DNA of 64,000 nucleotides from Candidatus Nomurabacteria bacterium. GTDB lineage: Bacteria; Patescibacteriota; Minisyncoccia; Phycocordibacterales; UBA9973. Below the pieces are notes generated by a model that did no database searches, was not told the origin of the DNA, and saw only the letters and a program-made list of their open reading frames with translations. Where the stretch lies: assembly GCA_023267435.1 (NCBI GenBank), contig JAHFNH010000003.1, forward strand, positions 12,717 to 76,716, in the 5' to 3' direction. Shown here piece after piece: positions 30,371 through 39,212 of the stretch. Made by a program: the position numbers and the translations under genes. Position 1 is the first letter of the stretch, and each line of letters opens with the position of its first letter.

Positions 30371-30443
30371 AGCCGTTGATCGGGATTGAACCGATGACCT
30401 CGATATTACCAATATCGTGCTCTACCAACTGAGCTACAACGGC
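30371..30443 (-). tRNA. tRNA-Thr(GGT)
   Basis: gccgttg...cgata-ttGGTaa-tatcg...atcgg-ttcaatc-ccgat caacggc. Confidence 0.95.
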
Positions 30444-30570
30444 AGAATAGTAGCTAAAATTATAAAAATAATATAACTACTATTTAATTTGGTGATATTT
30501 ACCAAAACAGCTACAACGGCTAACACAAGATGAATACTACTATATTTACCTGTGTTTTTCAATTAAAATT

Positions 30571-31008
30571 TTATTGTGTTGAAGTGGATGCAGGAGCGGG
30601 ATTGGTTGGCATTGCTGGTCTGATTTGCACTGACTGAGCGGTTAAACTGCCATCTGGATTTGCTGTACCGGTAACGCTTACTTGTTTACCAACAACTAAA
30701 TCTGTCGATACTCCACTGACATTTTTTTCAATGGGAGTCTTGTCTGTATAAAAAATTATTTTAGAACTTCCGTCTCTAAGTTTTAGAGTAATACTTTGAG
30801 CGTCTTTAGAGAGAATTTCACCCACAGTCATTCCTCCAAAATTTCCACCATTCCTCATTCCACCAGCAGTACTTCTACCATTCAAACCAAAAGCTTGACT
30901 TCCCTGACCTCTAGCAGGTATTTGACTCTTACCATAAACCATACCTATATAAAACACTCCTACCAAAACTAAAATACCTATGACAACTAAACCAATTTTT
31001 TTATTCAT
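30571..31008 (-). CDS. DUF5666-like membrane-anchored protein
   Basis: N-terminal TM; GEILSKD.SIT...DLVVGKQVSVTG..N.DGSLTAQSVQIRP. Confidence 0.75.
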   Translation of the reverse strand: MNKKIGLVVIGILVLVGVFYIGMVYGKSQIPARGQGSQAFGLNGRSTAGGMRNGGNFGGMTVGEILSKDAQSITLKLRDGSSKIIFYTDKTPIEKNVSGVSTDLVVGKQVSVTGTANPDGSLTAQSVQIRPAMPTNPAPASTSTQ

Positions 31009-31040
31009 ATGATTTTTAATAATTTTACTAATCTAATAAT

Positions 31041-31074
31041 TTCGCCTCTTCGGCGAATCCGTCGATGAGACGGA
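31041..31074. repeat. GC-rich twin-hairpin palindromic element
   Basis: ttcgcc-tcttc-ggcgaa directly followed by tccgtc-gatga-gacgga. Confidence 0.8.
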
Positions 31075-31077
31075 AAT

Positions 31078-32301
31078 TTACTCATACCTAAGGGCATCGA
31101 TTGGATTTAAATTAGCCGCCCGACGCGCAGGATAATATCCAAAAACAATACCGATTCCAGCCGAAACCGCAAAAGCTAAAAGAACAGTGGGTAAAGAAAC
31201 TTGCGTTTGAATAATTCCAGAATATGTTACCGCCAGAGATATCAGCCACCCCAAAATAACACCTATCACACCACTGATAAACGTCAACATAACAGCCTCA
31301 AGTAAAAATTGAGTATTAATGTCTTTCTTTTTTGCACCGATTGCTTTACGTAAACCGATTTCTCTTGTACGTTCCGTAACGGTAGTCAGCATCATATTCA
31401 TAATTCCAATACCGCCAACCAAAAGAGAAATTCCAGCTACTGCTGCTAAAAAAAGCGTAAATGTACCCGTGACTGATGAAGCCGTAGCAATAATGTCTGC
31501 CTGATTTAATATATTAAAATCAGCTTTAGTAGGATCAGAAATATTGTGACGAATCAATAATAAATTTGTCACATCAGATTGTACTTGCGCTGACACATCA
31601 GAGCTTGTTGCCGAGATATCAATCTCGCTTAAATATTTATTTCCCGTAAGATATCTTTGAGCTGTGGTATAAGGAATAAAAATTGTATCATCACTATTAC
31701 TAAAACCAGAACCTCCTTTTGCTTTAGTTATACCAATAACAACATATTCACTTCCTGAAATACGAATCGTTTGACCAATAACACCTGTAACACCCACACC
31801 AAACAGATCATCCCTGGCAGTGGGTCCCAACACAGCAACTTTTGAACCACTTGTAATATTTTGAGTTGATAAAAAATCACCTTCATCAATAGATACATTT
31901 CGGACTGTAGAGTACGCTGGTTCTGTACCTATAATACTAGTATTTGTATTAGTGCCGGTACCGACAACTTGCTTACGCGAAGTTACTTCACGGACCACTC
32001 CAACCACATCAGAAATTTGAGACTCAATCGCATCAGCATCTTCTACTGTTAATGTCTGTGCTCCTCCACGTCCGGCACTTGGTCCACCGAAAGTGCGTGC
32101 AGCTCCAGGCATAACCATAACTAAGTTTGCACCAATAGACTGAATGCTTGAAGATATAGAATTCTGCGCACCTTGACCAATCGCAGTCATAGCAATAACA
32201 GAAGCTATACCGATTACAATTCCAAGCATCGTAAGTCCTGTACGTACTTTGTTGGCAAATAAAGCGCTAGATGTTTCACTTATGATATCTGATATTTTCA
32301 T
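31078..32301 (-). CDS. MacB-like ABC transporter permease
   Basis: LTMLGIVIGIASVI, GGIGIMNMM, ERTREIGLRKAIGA, PARRAANLNPIDALRYE. Confidence 0.95.
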   Translation of the reverse strand: MKISDIISETSSALFANKVRTGLTMLGIVIGIASVIAMTAIGQGAQNSISSSIQSIGANLVMVMPGAARTFGGPSAGRGGAQTLTVEDADAIESQISDVVGVVREVTSRKQVVGTGTNTNTSIIGTEPAYSTVRNVSIDEGDFLSTQNITSGSKVAVLGPTARDDLFGVGVTGVIGQTIRISGSEYVVIGITKAKGGSGFSNSDDTIFIPYTTAQRYLTGNKYLSEIDISATSSDVSAQVQSDVTNLLLIRHNISDPTKADFNILNQADIIATASSVTGTFTLFLAAVAGISLLVGGIGIMNMMLTTVTERTREIGLRKAIGAKKKDINTQFLLEAVMLTFISGVIGVILGWLISLAVTYSGIIQTQVSLPTVLLAFAVSAGIGIVFGYYPARRAANLNPIDALRYE

Positions 32302-33005
32302 ATGTTTTTTATAACTCTTTTTAAATGGCCATTCTCATTTTCAGTAAGTACGCCATCGCGAATAAATAAAATCCTATCGGCATGTTCAGCAATATATTGT
32401 TCATGAGTGATAAGTACGATTGTTCTGCCATGTTCTTTGTTTAATTTTTGAAAAGTGCCCAAAACTATTTCTCCTGTTTTTGAATCGAGGTTACCTGTAG
32501 GCTCGTCAGCTAAAATTAGTGACGGATTATTTACCAAAGCTCGTGCAATAGCAACACGTTGAATCTGTCCACCAGAAAGCTGATTTGAAAGATGATAGAA
32601 ATGCGATTCATTCAGACCCGCAGCAAAAAGGGCTTCTTTGGCGCGTTTTTCTCTTTCTTTTGTTTCTATTCCATCATAAACAAGCGGTAACATTACATTT
32701 CTGAGGACTGTAGTACGTGGTAATAAGTTGAATGATTGAAACACGAAACCAATTTTATCTTTGCGAATATCTGCTAGTTCATCATCTGAAAGAGTTGAAA
32801 CATCCTTGTCATCTAGAAGATACGTGCCACTCGTTGGATTATCCAATGCACCTAAAATATGCATAAGAGTCGACTTACCAGATCCAGAAGGTCCCATAAT
32901 AGCAACAAATTCTCCATCCTTTATAGTAAAGCTCACACCTTTAAGGGCCTGAAACTCAATGTCTCCAGATTTATATGTTTTTGTAATATCTTTTATTTCA
33001 ATCAT
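32298..33005 (-). CDS. MacB/LolD-like ABC ATP-binding protein
   Basis: [23 protein letters not shown]. Confidence 0.95.
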   Translation of the reverse strand: MIEIKDITKTYKSGDIEFQALKGVSFTIKDGEFVAIMGPSGSGKSTLMHILGALDNPTSGTYLLDDKDVSTLSDDELADIRKDKIGFVFQSFNLLPRTTVLRNVMLPLVYDGIETKEREKRAKEALFAAGLNESHFYHLSNQLSGGQIQRVAIARALVNNPSLILADEPTGNLDSKTGEIVLGTFQKLNKEHGRTIVLITHEQYIAEHADRILFIRDGVLTENENGHLKRVIKNI

Positions 33006-33009
33006 AACT

Positions 33010-34686
33010 TTAATTACCTGGAATTCTTACTGCCCCACCTCCTCTGTTTCCACCAGCTCCACCGAGCAAACTAGATGTTGCTGTTTTTGCAGCCGTTGGT
33101 AATATTGTTCTTGTCACAATTTCATCTCCTTCTTTTATTCCAGAAACTATTTCAGTCTCTGAATTATTTGAAAGTCCTGTTGTTACAGTAATTTTATTCG
33201 GAATAATTGTCGAAATAGAACCTGGCAATCCATCTGTTGGTGCAGGTAGTGGTGCATCAAACATCTCAACATAACTTGAACCACCTTGTCTTTTCACTGC
33301 ACTGTTTGGTACTACTAAGACATCTTGTTTTACATTTGTGATAATAGAAGCTGAGACACTCATTCCGGGTTTTACCGTACTATCTTGATTATCAAAACTA
33401 ATTTTTACATTATAAGTCACAACTCCTTGCGTTACTGTACCTACAGTATCAATTTGTGCCACTTCTCCTGCAATTGAAAAATTCGGAATTGCATCAAAAG
33501 TAAGAGTAGCTTTTTGACCCAATTTTATCTTAGCTACATCTACCTCATTCAATGAGATAGTAGCCAATTGTTTAGTGGTAATGATCGTCCCTAAAATTGT
33601 TCCAGAACTTGCAGTTTCACCGACATTCACAGGAACACTTGCAACGGTACCTTCAAAAGGGGCAACGATGTTGTAATAAGATAGATTATCCCTGGCATCC
33701 TGTAAAGCATTTTCTTTTTGCTTTACTGTGAGTTGCGCTGTTTGTATATCAAGCACATCTGCACCGGATTGTAATTTACTCAACGCTTCTGTATTCTGAA
33801 TGATAGTTCTATCTGAATCTGTATTTACTTGAGCTTGATTTTGTAAAGTAAGCTGGTATGAATTATAACTTGCGCCGTAACTGCTTGCCTGAGTATTTGG
33901 TATTGCCACTGTCCACTCATTTATTCCACTGGAAGCATAATTGTTCGGAAACTGAATATATAGACCAAAAGTTCCTAAAGCAACAGGGGTAGTTGTATTT
34001 ACTGTACCGCTTCCATTTTCAAGGCCAGAAACTGAGAGATATGCTCCACTGCCACTATTATGAACAAGAATATCGTAACTTCCCTCCGTTGTTCCGGTGT
34101 AAGTTCCGCTAATTGTAGGAGCGGTGAAATTTGCGCTACTAGTTGAAGTAGATTTCGGAACAGCAACTATTCCGCTATTCAAAAAACTGCTGTGCGCATT
34201 TTTAACAACAAGATCTTGATTTTTCTTTGCATCTTGCGCAGCCGCAATAGCATTTTGATACTGAATAACAGATAATTTATCCGCTGGCTCTTGTAATTTT
34301 GCTAAAGAAAGATTGGCTGCATCAAGATTAATTTGCGCATCTCTAAGAGTTTTCTGAGCATCTTTACTGTCGAGAGAAAAAAGAAGTTTACCACTTCCTG
34401 CCTGATCACCTGGTTTGACATAAATATGAGTAATCGTACCAGAGACATTAGGTTTTAAATCAATCTGACTTGAAACGGAAACTTGTCCACTGCCGGTAAT
34501 GGAAGATACAATAGTTCCTTTAGTAACAGCTGACAAAACATATCGCGTATCCCCTGCGGTGCTAGTAATTTTTCCATAGCCCCAATACCCAACCCCAACA
34601 ACAATCAAAAGTATAACAATACTACTTATCAAGTGGTCAAGAGCATAATCTTTAATTTTTTGTAAATATGACATTATTTTTTCCAT
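33010..34686 (-). CDS. Efflux membrane-fusion (MacA/HlyD-like) adaptor with an inserted beta-rich domain
   Basis: N-terminal TM; lipoyl-like halves; EVDVAKIKLGQKA, KPGMS, VPNSAV, TGLSN. Confidence 0.9.
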   Translation of the reverse strand: MEKIMSYLQKIKDYALDHLISSIVILLIVVGVGYWGYGKITSTAGDTRYVLSAVTKGTIVSSITGSGQVSVSSQIDLKPNVSGTITHIYVKPGDQAGSGKLLFSLDSKDAQKTLRDAQINLDAANLSLAKLQEPADKLSVIQYQNAIAAAQDAKKNQDLVVKNAHSSFLNSGIVAVPKSTSTSSANFTAPTISGTYTGTTEGSYDILVHNSGSGAYLSVSGLENGSGTVNTTTPVALGTFGLYIQFPNNYASSGINEWTVAIPNTQASSYGASYNSYQLTLQNQAQVNTDSDRTIIQNTEALSKLQSGADVLDIQTAQLTVKQKENALQDARDNLSYYNIVAPFEGTVASVPVNVGETASSGTILGTIITTKQLATISLNEVDVAKIKLGQKATLTFDAIPNFSIAGEVAQIDTVGTVTQGVVTYNVKISFDNQDSTVKPGMSVSASIITNVKQDVLVVPNSAVKRQGGSSYVEMFDAPLPAPTDGLPGSISTIIPNKITVTTGLSNNSETEIVSGIKEGDEIVTRTILPTAAKTATSSLLGGAGGNRGGGAVRIPGN

Positions 34687-34691
34687 AACTA

Positions 34692-35213
34692 TTATTGATT
34701 AGAACTATTAATTTGAGTTGGAACGGTCGAGGTAGTAGAAGGAAAAATAGGAGGAAAAGGCATAATTCTTATTAACTTTGCTTCAATCTGCCCTTGTGAA
34801 TTTGGAGAACCGACAACAACTACATTTTCATCAACCTTTAGATCGTTAATGGAAATACTATCTCTGACATCTATTATTTTTGTATCATTACTTGTAATTA
34901 CCACTTTTTCAGTATTATCCCTATCTTGAACTATAATATTTGGCAATTCAATTTTTATAATTTTACCTATAGCTCCATGGGCATTAGGAAAATTTCCCAT
35001 CATGCCACCAAAATAACCACGTCCATTCATCATACCAAAATTACGCCCATAATTCTCCCCCCAATCACGACCAAATGAAGCTTTATGAAAACCTACATAT
35101 ACTCCGGCTTGAAAGATAAGTGAAACAACAACAAGAATTCCCACAATCAACAAAACTCCAAAAACTTTTTTTGATTCTAAAACTTTTCTAATATTTTCTT
35201 TAATTTCTTTCAT
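34692..35213 (-). CDS. DUF5666-like membrane-anchored protein
   Basis: N-terminal TM; HGAIGKII...DLKVDENVVVVGSPN.QGQIEAKLIRI. Confidence 0.7.
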   Translation of the reverse strand: MKEIKENIRKVLESKKVFGVLLIVGILVVVSLIFQAGVYVGFHKASFGRDWGENYGRNFGMMNGRGYFGGMMGNFPNAHGAIGKIIKIELPNIIVQDRDNTEKVVITSNDTKIIDVRDSISINDLKVDENVVVVGSPNSQGQIEAKLIRIMPFPPIFPSTTSTVPTQINSSNQ

Positions 35214-35223
35214 AAAAATAAAA

Positions 35224-35625
35224 CTATGCTATTAATAATTTATGACGAGTTCGAATATTTCGCGCCATATAACGTAAGGATAATACAAATAAAAAAACTA
35301 AGGATAAAGACAAAATTAAATTTGTCATAGGTAATGATTCAATCATAGATAAAATGATTTCTTTCCAAAAATAAACAGCCTTGCTATTAGAAAACATTAG
35401 GGATAAATAATCATAAAAGCCAGAACTATAAAAATCAGAAACTAACTGCCTAATAAGCACAAAAAAGCCTAAAAGAGAAAATATTCCTGTAACAGAATAA
35501 ACCCATATTTTAATGTTATTATTTCTTTTTTCCTTAATAGAGATAGCGTTGAAAATATTCTCCGAAAGACTGCTCTCAGGACAAAACACGGCCTTTTGAA
35601 AAATTTTAATTAAATTCTTATCCAT
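35224..35625 (-). CDS. Putative membrane anti-sigma factor
   Basis: Directly downstream of the ECF sigma gene; short cytoplasmic N-terminus followed by TM helices. Confidence 0.6.
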   Translation of the reverse strand: MDKNLIKIFQKAVFCPESSLSENIFNAISIKEKRNNNIKIWVYSVTGIFSLLGFFVLIRQLVSDFYSSGFYDYLSLMFSNSKAVYFWKEIILSMIESLPMTNLILSLSLVFLFVLSLRYMARNIRTRHKLLIA

Positions 35626-35634
35626 ATCTCTATA

Positions 35635-35661
35635 TACGTAGACTAATTTGATTTTGGTGCA
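35635..35661 (-). promoter_or_regulatory. Putative ECF sigma-dependent promoter (TGCACC-N17-CGTA)
   Basis: Resembles the SigW-type TGAAAC...CGTA consensus; overlaps the sigma 3' end and ends 9 nt before the next ATG. Confidence 0.55.
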
Positions 35662-36215
35662 ATCATCTTTCTTATTTGCAAAATAGCTCGAAGATGATGG
35701 CTTTTTATTGTGTTTAATGGTCTCTCAAGAACCTGAGATATTTCATCAAAAGTCATTTCTTCTTGATAATGAAGAATTAAAACTGTTTGAAATTGTTCCG
35801 GTAATTTTTCTAATAATGAATTCAATAAATCTACATCTTGTAATTTCTGCAGTATCTCATCGGGTAAAATTGCCTCATCCTTTATGGTTTCTGAGAAATT
35901 ATTTTCTTCATTATCCAAACTAGAAAACGGAATGGAGTTTTTTCTGCGCAAGAAATCAATAACCGTATTTCTAGCTATAGTAAAAATCCAGGTTTTAAAA
36001 CTGGATTTGTTTTGATTAAACTTTTCCAAACTTTTCCAAACTTTAACAAAAATTTCTTGAGTAATATCATCAGCTTCGTTATTTCCGACAAAACGCCGAA
36101 CAAAATTATAAATTTGTGGAGTATATTTATCAATAAGCTCCTTCAATGCAGTGTCATCGCCAGAGACATATAAACTAATTAATTCTGAATCTTTATCCAT
36201 TGTAATTTTAGGCAA
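35643..36215 (-). CDS. ECF RNA polymerase sigma-70 factor
   Basis: ADDITQEIFVKVW, FKTWIFTIARN..ID..RR, region-4 HTH. Confidence 0.93.
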   Translation of the reverse strand: MPKITMDKDSELISLYVSGDDTALKELIDKYTPQIYNFVRRFVGNNEADDITQEIFVKVWKSLEKFNQNKSSFKTWIFTIARNTVIDFLRRKNSIPFSSLDNEENNFSETIKDEAILPDEILQKLQDVDLLNSLLEKLPEQFQTVLILHYQEEMTFDEISQVLERPLNTIKSHHLRAILQIRKMIAPKSN

Positions 36216-37740
36216 ATCCTGGAAAGAAATCTTTGTGAATATGGCTTGATTTCACTCCCATACCGAGAAGCATGTTTTCAAAAGTTTCGCACATGCCATG
36301 TGTTCCGGAAAGATAGAAGTGTCTTTCTAAGAAATCAGGAACTTCTTGTTTAACCATTTTCGCATCTACAAAACCTGTTTTACCATGCCATATTTCACCT
36401 GGTGGTACTGGATCCGTCACTGTATAAACAATTTTAAAGCCAAGTTCTACGGCTGATTGATCTAAAATATTTTCATAAGCAACATCAGCTGAAGTTCGAT
36501 TTGAATAAAACATGACTACATCCCTTTCTTGTTTTTTATCTATCATATACTTAACCATGCTTCTAAAAGGAGTGACACCGATTCCTCCGGCCATGAAAAC
36601 AAGTTTCTTATTTACATCTTTCGGTAAGACGAATTCCCCTGCCAGTTGCGAAGCGATGATAGTGTCCTGACCCTCTTTCATATTTAAAAGCTTGTTCTTG
36701 AAACTGCTACCGTTCGCATAAAATTTTATACCTATTCTGATTTCTCTTTCAGTAGGAGAAGAAGCTATTGTGAAATATCTTCGATTTCCTCGAGAGTCCG
36801 GCCACTTGTGACCGAGAGTCCATTCCAAATACTGCCCTGGTCTAAAATAAAACGGATGATCCGGAGAAAATACGAAATCATAAGTATTCTGCGCGACTTT
36901 TATTTTTTGCTTCAATACTAAGACAAACTTTTGTTTTGGGCTGACAATATAGGAAAATACGTTCCCAACTAAGAGAGATAACTCAGGCGTGGAATATAAC
37001 GATCCGATGTGCATAATTGGAGCAGACAAGAATCCGCAGATTGATCCATATAACATTCGTAAAATTCTTGTCGGAGGAGTAGTAAGAGGTTCTGTCAGCA
37101 TAACAAATGCGAAAAACAAAAGTGGAGAATAAAAAATAGATCTGACAAGAATGTTAAAACCACTGGCAAAATCAAAAGCTTGAGTAGCAACAATAGTAAT
37201 CAGAGCTATGGCAAAAAAAGTAAGAACCATATCGAATCTTCTCACCTTTCTTGTGATGAGCATTCCTCCAATAATAACGAAGGGTGCCATTGCTAAAGTT
37301 CCTACCCACCAGCTGGCGGATTGGCCCATAGTGATGGAAGTAAGTGCCACAGAAAGTGCAACTGGATTGAAAACATGCTTATTATCGAGCGCAAAAATAT
37401 ATTTTGATGCCATAGCCCAGACGGAAACCCAGAATAAAAATCCCCAATAAGGAAGACTGACAAAATCCTTTGCAGGGGTGACTATCAAAACTAAAATAAA
37501 AGCAGTGATAAAAGCGGATTCAACATTTGTTGGAACGCCTAAAAATGAAGCAAATATTTTATTTGAGATAAAACAGATTGCGGTGACAAAAACAACTTCT
37601 GAAAAAAACATAACTGGAGTGAAAGGCAAGATTCCAAAATAAGAAAGTATTAATCCTCCAGCAATCATAAAGAGTAATGCGTAAAGCACTAATCGATACA
37701 TTGTTACTTTGTTTAAAAGATTATCTATTATTTTTATCAT
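36208..37740 (-). CDS. RnfD/NqrB-like membrane domain fused to a ferredoxin-NADP-reductase-type FAD/NAD domain
   Basis: KHVFNP, MLTEPLTTP in the TM part; RPGQY, RYFTIASSP, MAGGIGVTPF in the C-terminal part. Confidence 0.88.
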   Translation of the reverse strand: MIKIIDNLLNKVTMYRLVLYALLFMIAGGLILSYFGILPFTPVMFFSEVVFVTAICFISNKIFASFLGVPTNVESAFITAFILVLIVTPAKDFVSLPYWGFLFWVSVWAMASKYIFALDNKHVFNPVALSVALTSITMGQSASWWVGTLAMAPFVIIGGMLITRKVRRFDMVLTFFAIALITIVATQAFDFASGFNILVRSIFYSPLLFFAFVMLTEPLTTPPTRILRMLYGSICGFLSAPIMHIGSLYSTPELSLLVGNVFSYIVSPKQKFVLVLKQKIKVAQNTYDFVFSPDHPFYFRPGQYLEWTLGHKWPDSRGNRRYFTIASSPTEREIRIGIKFYANGSSFKNKLLNMKEGQDTIIASQLAGEFVLPKDVNKKLVFMAGGIGVTPFRSMVKYMIDKKQERDVVMFYSNRTSADVAYENILDQSAVELGFKIVYTVTDPVPPGEIWHGKTGFVDAKMVKQEVPDFLERHFYLSGTHGMCETFENMLLGMGVKSSHIHKDFFPGFA

Positions 37741-38474
37741 ATATATTTTTGAAAACCTTCCGTCATAGTCGCTACGCCATTTTTATCAATCATATATCCT
37801 TCAAAACCGGAAAGATTATTTATAAAATTAATTCCCTCCCGCCCCATCACGAAGGCTGCTGTGGCAAATCGATCTGCTTCATAGACATTCGGACCTATTA
37901 CTGTCAGGCTGACAACCTCATCAAGAGGATCATTTTTATCTTTTGGATTATAAATATGCTTCCCTCTGATATACGTGCCACTCGTAGCAATTCCTTTATC
38001 TTTTAAGTATACAACTTTTATAACCTGTTTTAAATCAAAAGGATTCGCTATGCCTATCGCCCAAGGCTTATCTTCTTTATTTTTACCTTCCACTTCAATA
38101 TCCCCTCCTGCTTCAACATAAAAATCTTTGATTCCATTTTTCCTGAGCATTTCGGCAGCATTATGTATCGCCCAGCCTTTCACTGTCCCTGATGGGTCGC
38201 AAAATCCATCATTCATGATATCGAAAAATCCATTAGTTTCTTTTTTTGTTTCTTCAGATAATCTAAGAACTTCTTTCATGTCCTCACTATATTCTCTCTT
38301 TTTAATCTTATCTTTATTTATTTTTGTTATTTCACTCGTATCTTTGTAGATAGAAAATTTTTCATCTATATAAGTGAAATAATTAAAAACATTTTCAAAT
38401 ATTTCTTTATCAATTGATTCGTCTGGAATTTCTATTATTACAGGCATGCCCATAATAATTCTTGTTTCTTTCAT
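37737..38474 (-). CDS. apbE: FAD:protein FMN transferase ApbE
   Basis: IMGMPV, FDI, DPSGTVKGWA, EAGGDI, IATSGTY, HIYNP, ADRFATAAF. Confidence 0.92.
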   Translation of the reverse strand: MKETRIIMGMPVIIEIPDESIDKEIFENVFNYFTYIDEKFSIYKDTSEITKINKDKIKKREYSEDMKEVLRLSEETKKETNGFFDIMNDGFCDPSGTVKGWAIHNAAEMLRKNGIKDFYVEAGGDIEVEGKNKEDKPWAIGIANPFDLKQVIKVVYLKDKGIATSGTYIRGKHIYNPKDKNDPLDEVVSLTVIGPNVYEADRFATAAFVMGREGINFINNLSGFEGYMIDKNGVATMTEGFQKYI

Positions 38475-38475
38475 A

Positions 38476-39117
38476 TTATTGTTTTGCTTGTGTTAATGCA
38501 TAAGCCAATGATTGCATGAATGCATCGCTAGTATATGTCGCACCGGAGACTCCGTTAATATTCGCAGACTGTGCAGAAATGGCTTCTTGTTTTAAGACAG
38601 GCATTGAATAATCATATATCTGCTGCGATCTTCTTGGACCTGGTTCAGTGGATGGATATGTAATGTTGGAAAGTTTTCCATTTGATATTATGGCTGTAAC
38701 TTTTACATAACCGGAATACGCATATTCATTGCTGCCAACGTAAGTTCCATCTGCATAAAGACCCTTAGGCTTAGTCACAGGTGGTGTCGTAGTAGGAGTA
38801 GTTTGAGTTGTAGGTTTTGTGGTTGGTGTGGTTGTCGGTTTAGTATTTGTTTTTGGAGTAGTTTTAGTTGGAGGAATAAAATCACCTTCTTCGTCAAATG
38901 GATTACTATCTTCATCACCTCCTGAAATACTATTAGGTACCTGATATACCTGAGTGCTGGAAGATGTTGTATTTAAAGCATCTGTCGTAGTCTTCTTTCC
39001 CACTTCAGTGACAGGAACATAAGGAGCCACGTAACTCAAACTACCATTGGGGCCGTAATAAACGACATACAACGCGAAACTTCCTATAACAAAAGATGAT
39101 AGTAAAAACTTTTTCAT
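38476..39117 (-). CDS. Extracytoplasmic FMN-binding domain protein
   Basis: N-terminal TM; Thr/Pro-rich linker; YADGTYVG...INGVSGATYTS flavinylation motif. Confidence 0.9.
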   Translation of the reverse strand: MKKFLLSSFVIGSFALYVVYYGPNGSLSYVAPYVPVTEVGKKTTTDALNTTSSSTQVYQVPNSISGGDEDSNPFDEEGDFIPPTKTTPKTNTKPTTTPTTKPTTQTTPTTTPPVTKPKGLYADGTYVGSNEYAYSGYVKVTAIISNGKLSNITYPSTEPGPRRSQQIYDYSMPVLKQEAISAQSANINGVSGATYTSDAFMQSLAYALTQAKQ

Positions 39118-39173
39118 TGTTTAAAATTTAATATAAAACTTATACCTATATTTTATCATACTACATACGCTGA

Positions 39174-39190
39174 ATGAAGTTTTCATGAAG
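39174..39190 (-). promoter_or_regulatory. Putative OmpR-type direct-repeat box upstream of the flavinylation operon
   Basis: atgaagttttcatgaag; 13 nt from a TATGAT -10. Confidence 0.62.
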
Positions 39191-39212
39191 CAATATTCAG
39201 TTACAAATATTC

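Noticed and set aside
27733-30443. Active integrative element between the tRNA-Thr genes
   Set aside because: No integrase or transposase and no 3'-end att duplication seen; kept only as a possible hotspot.
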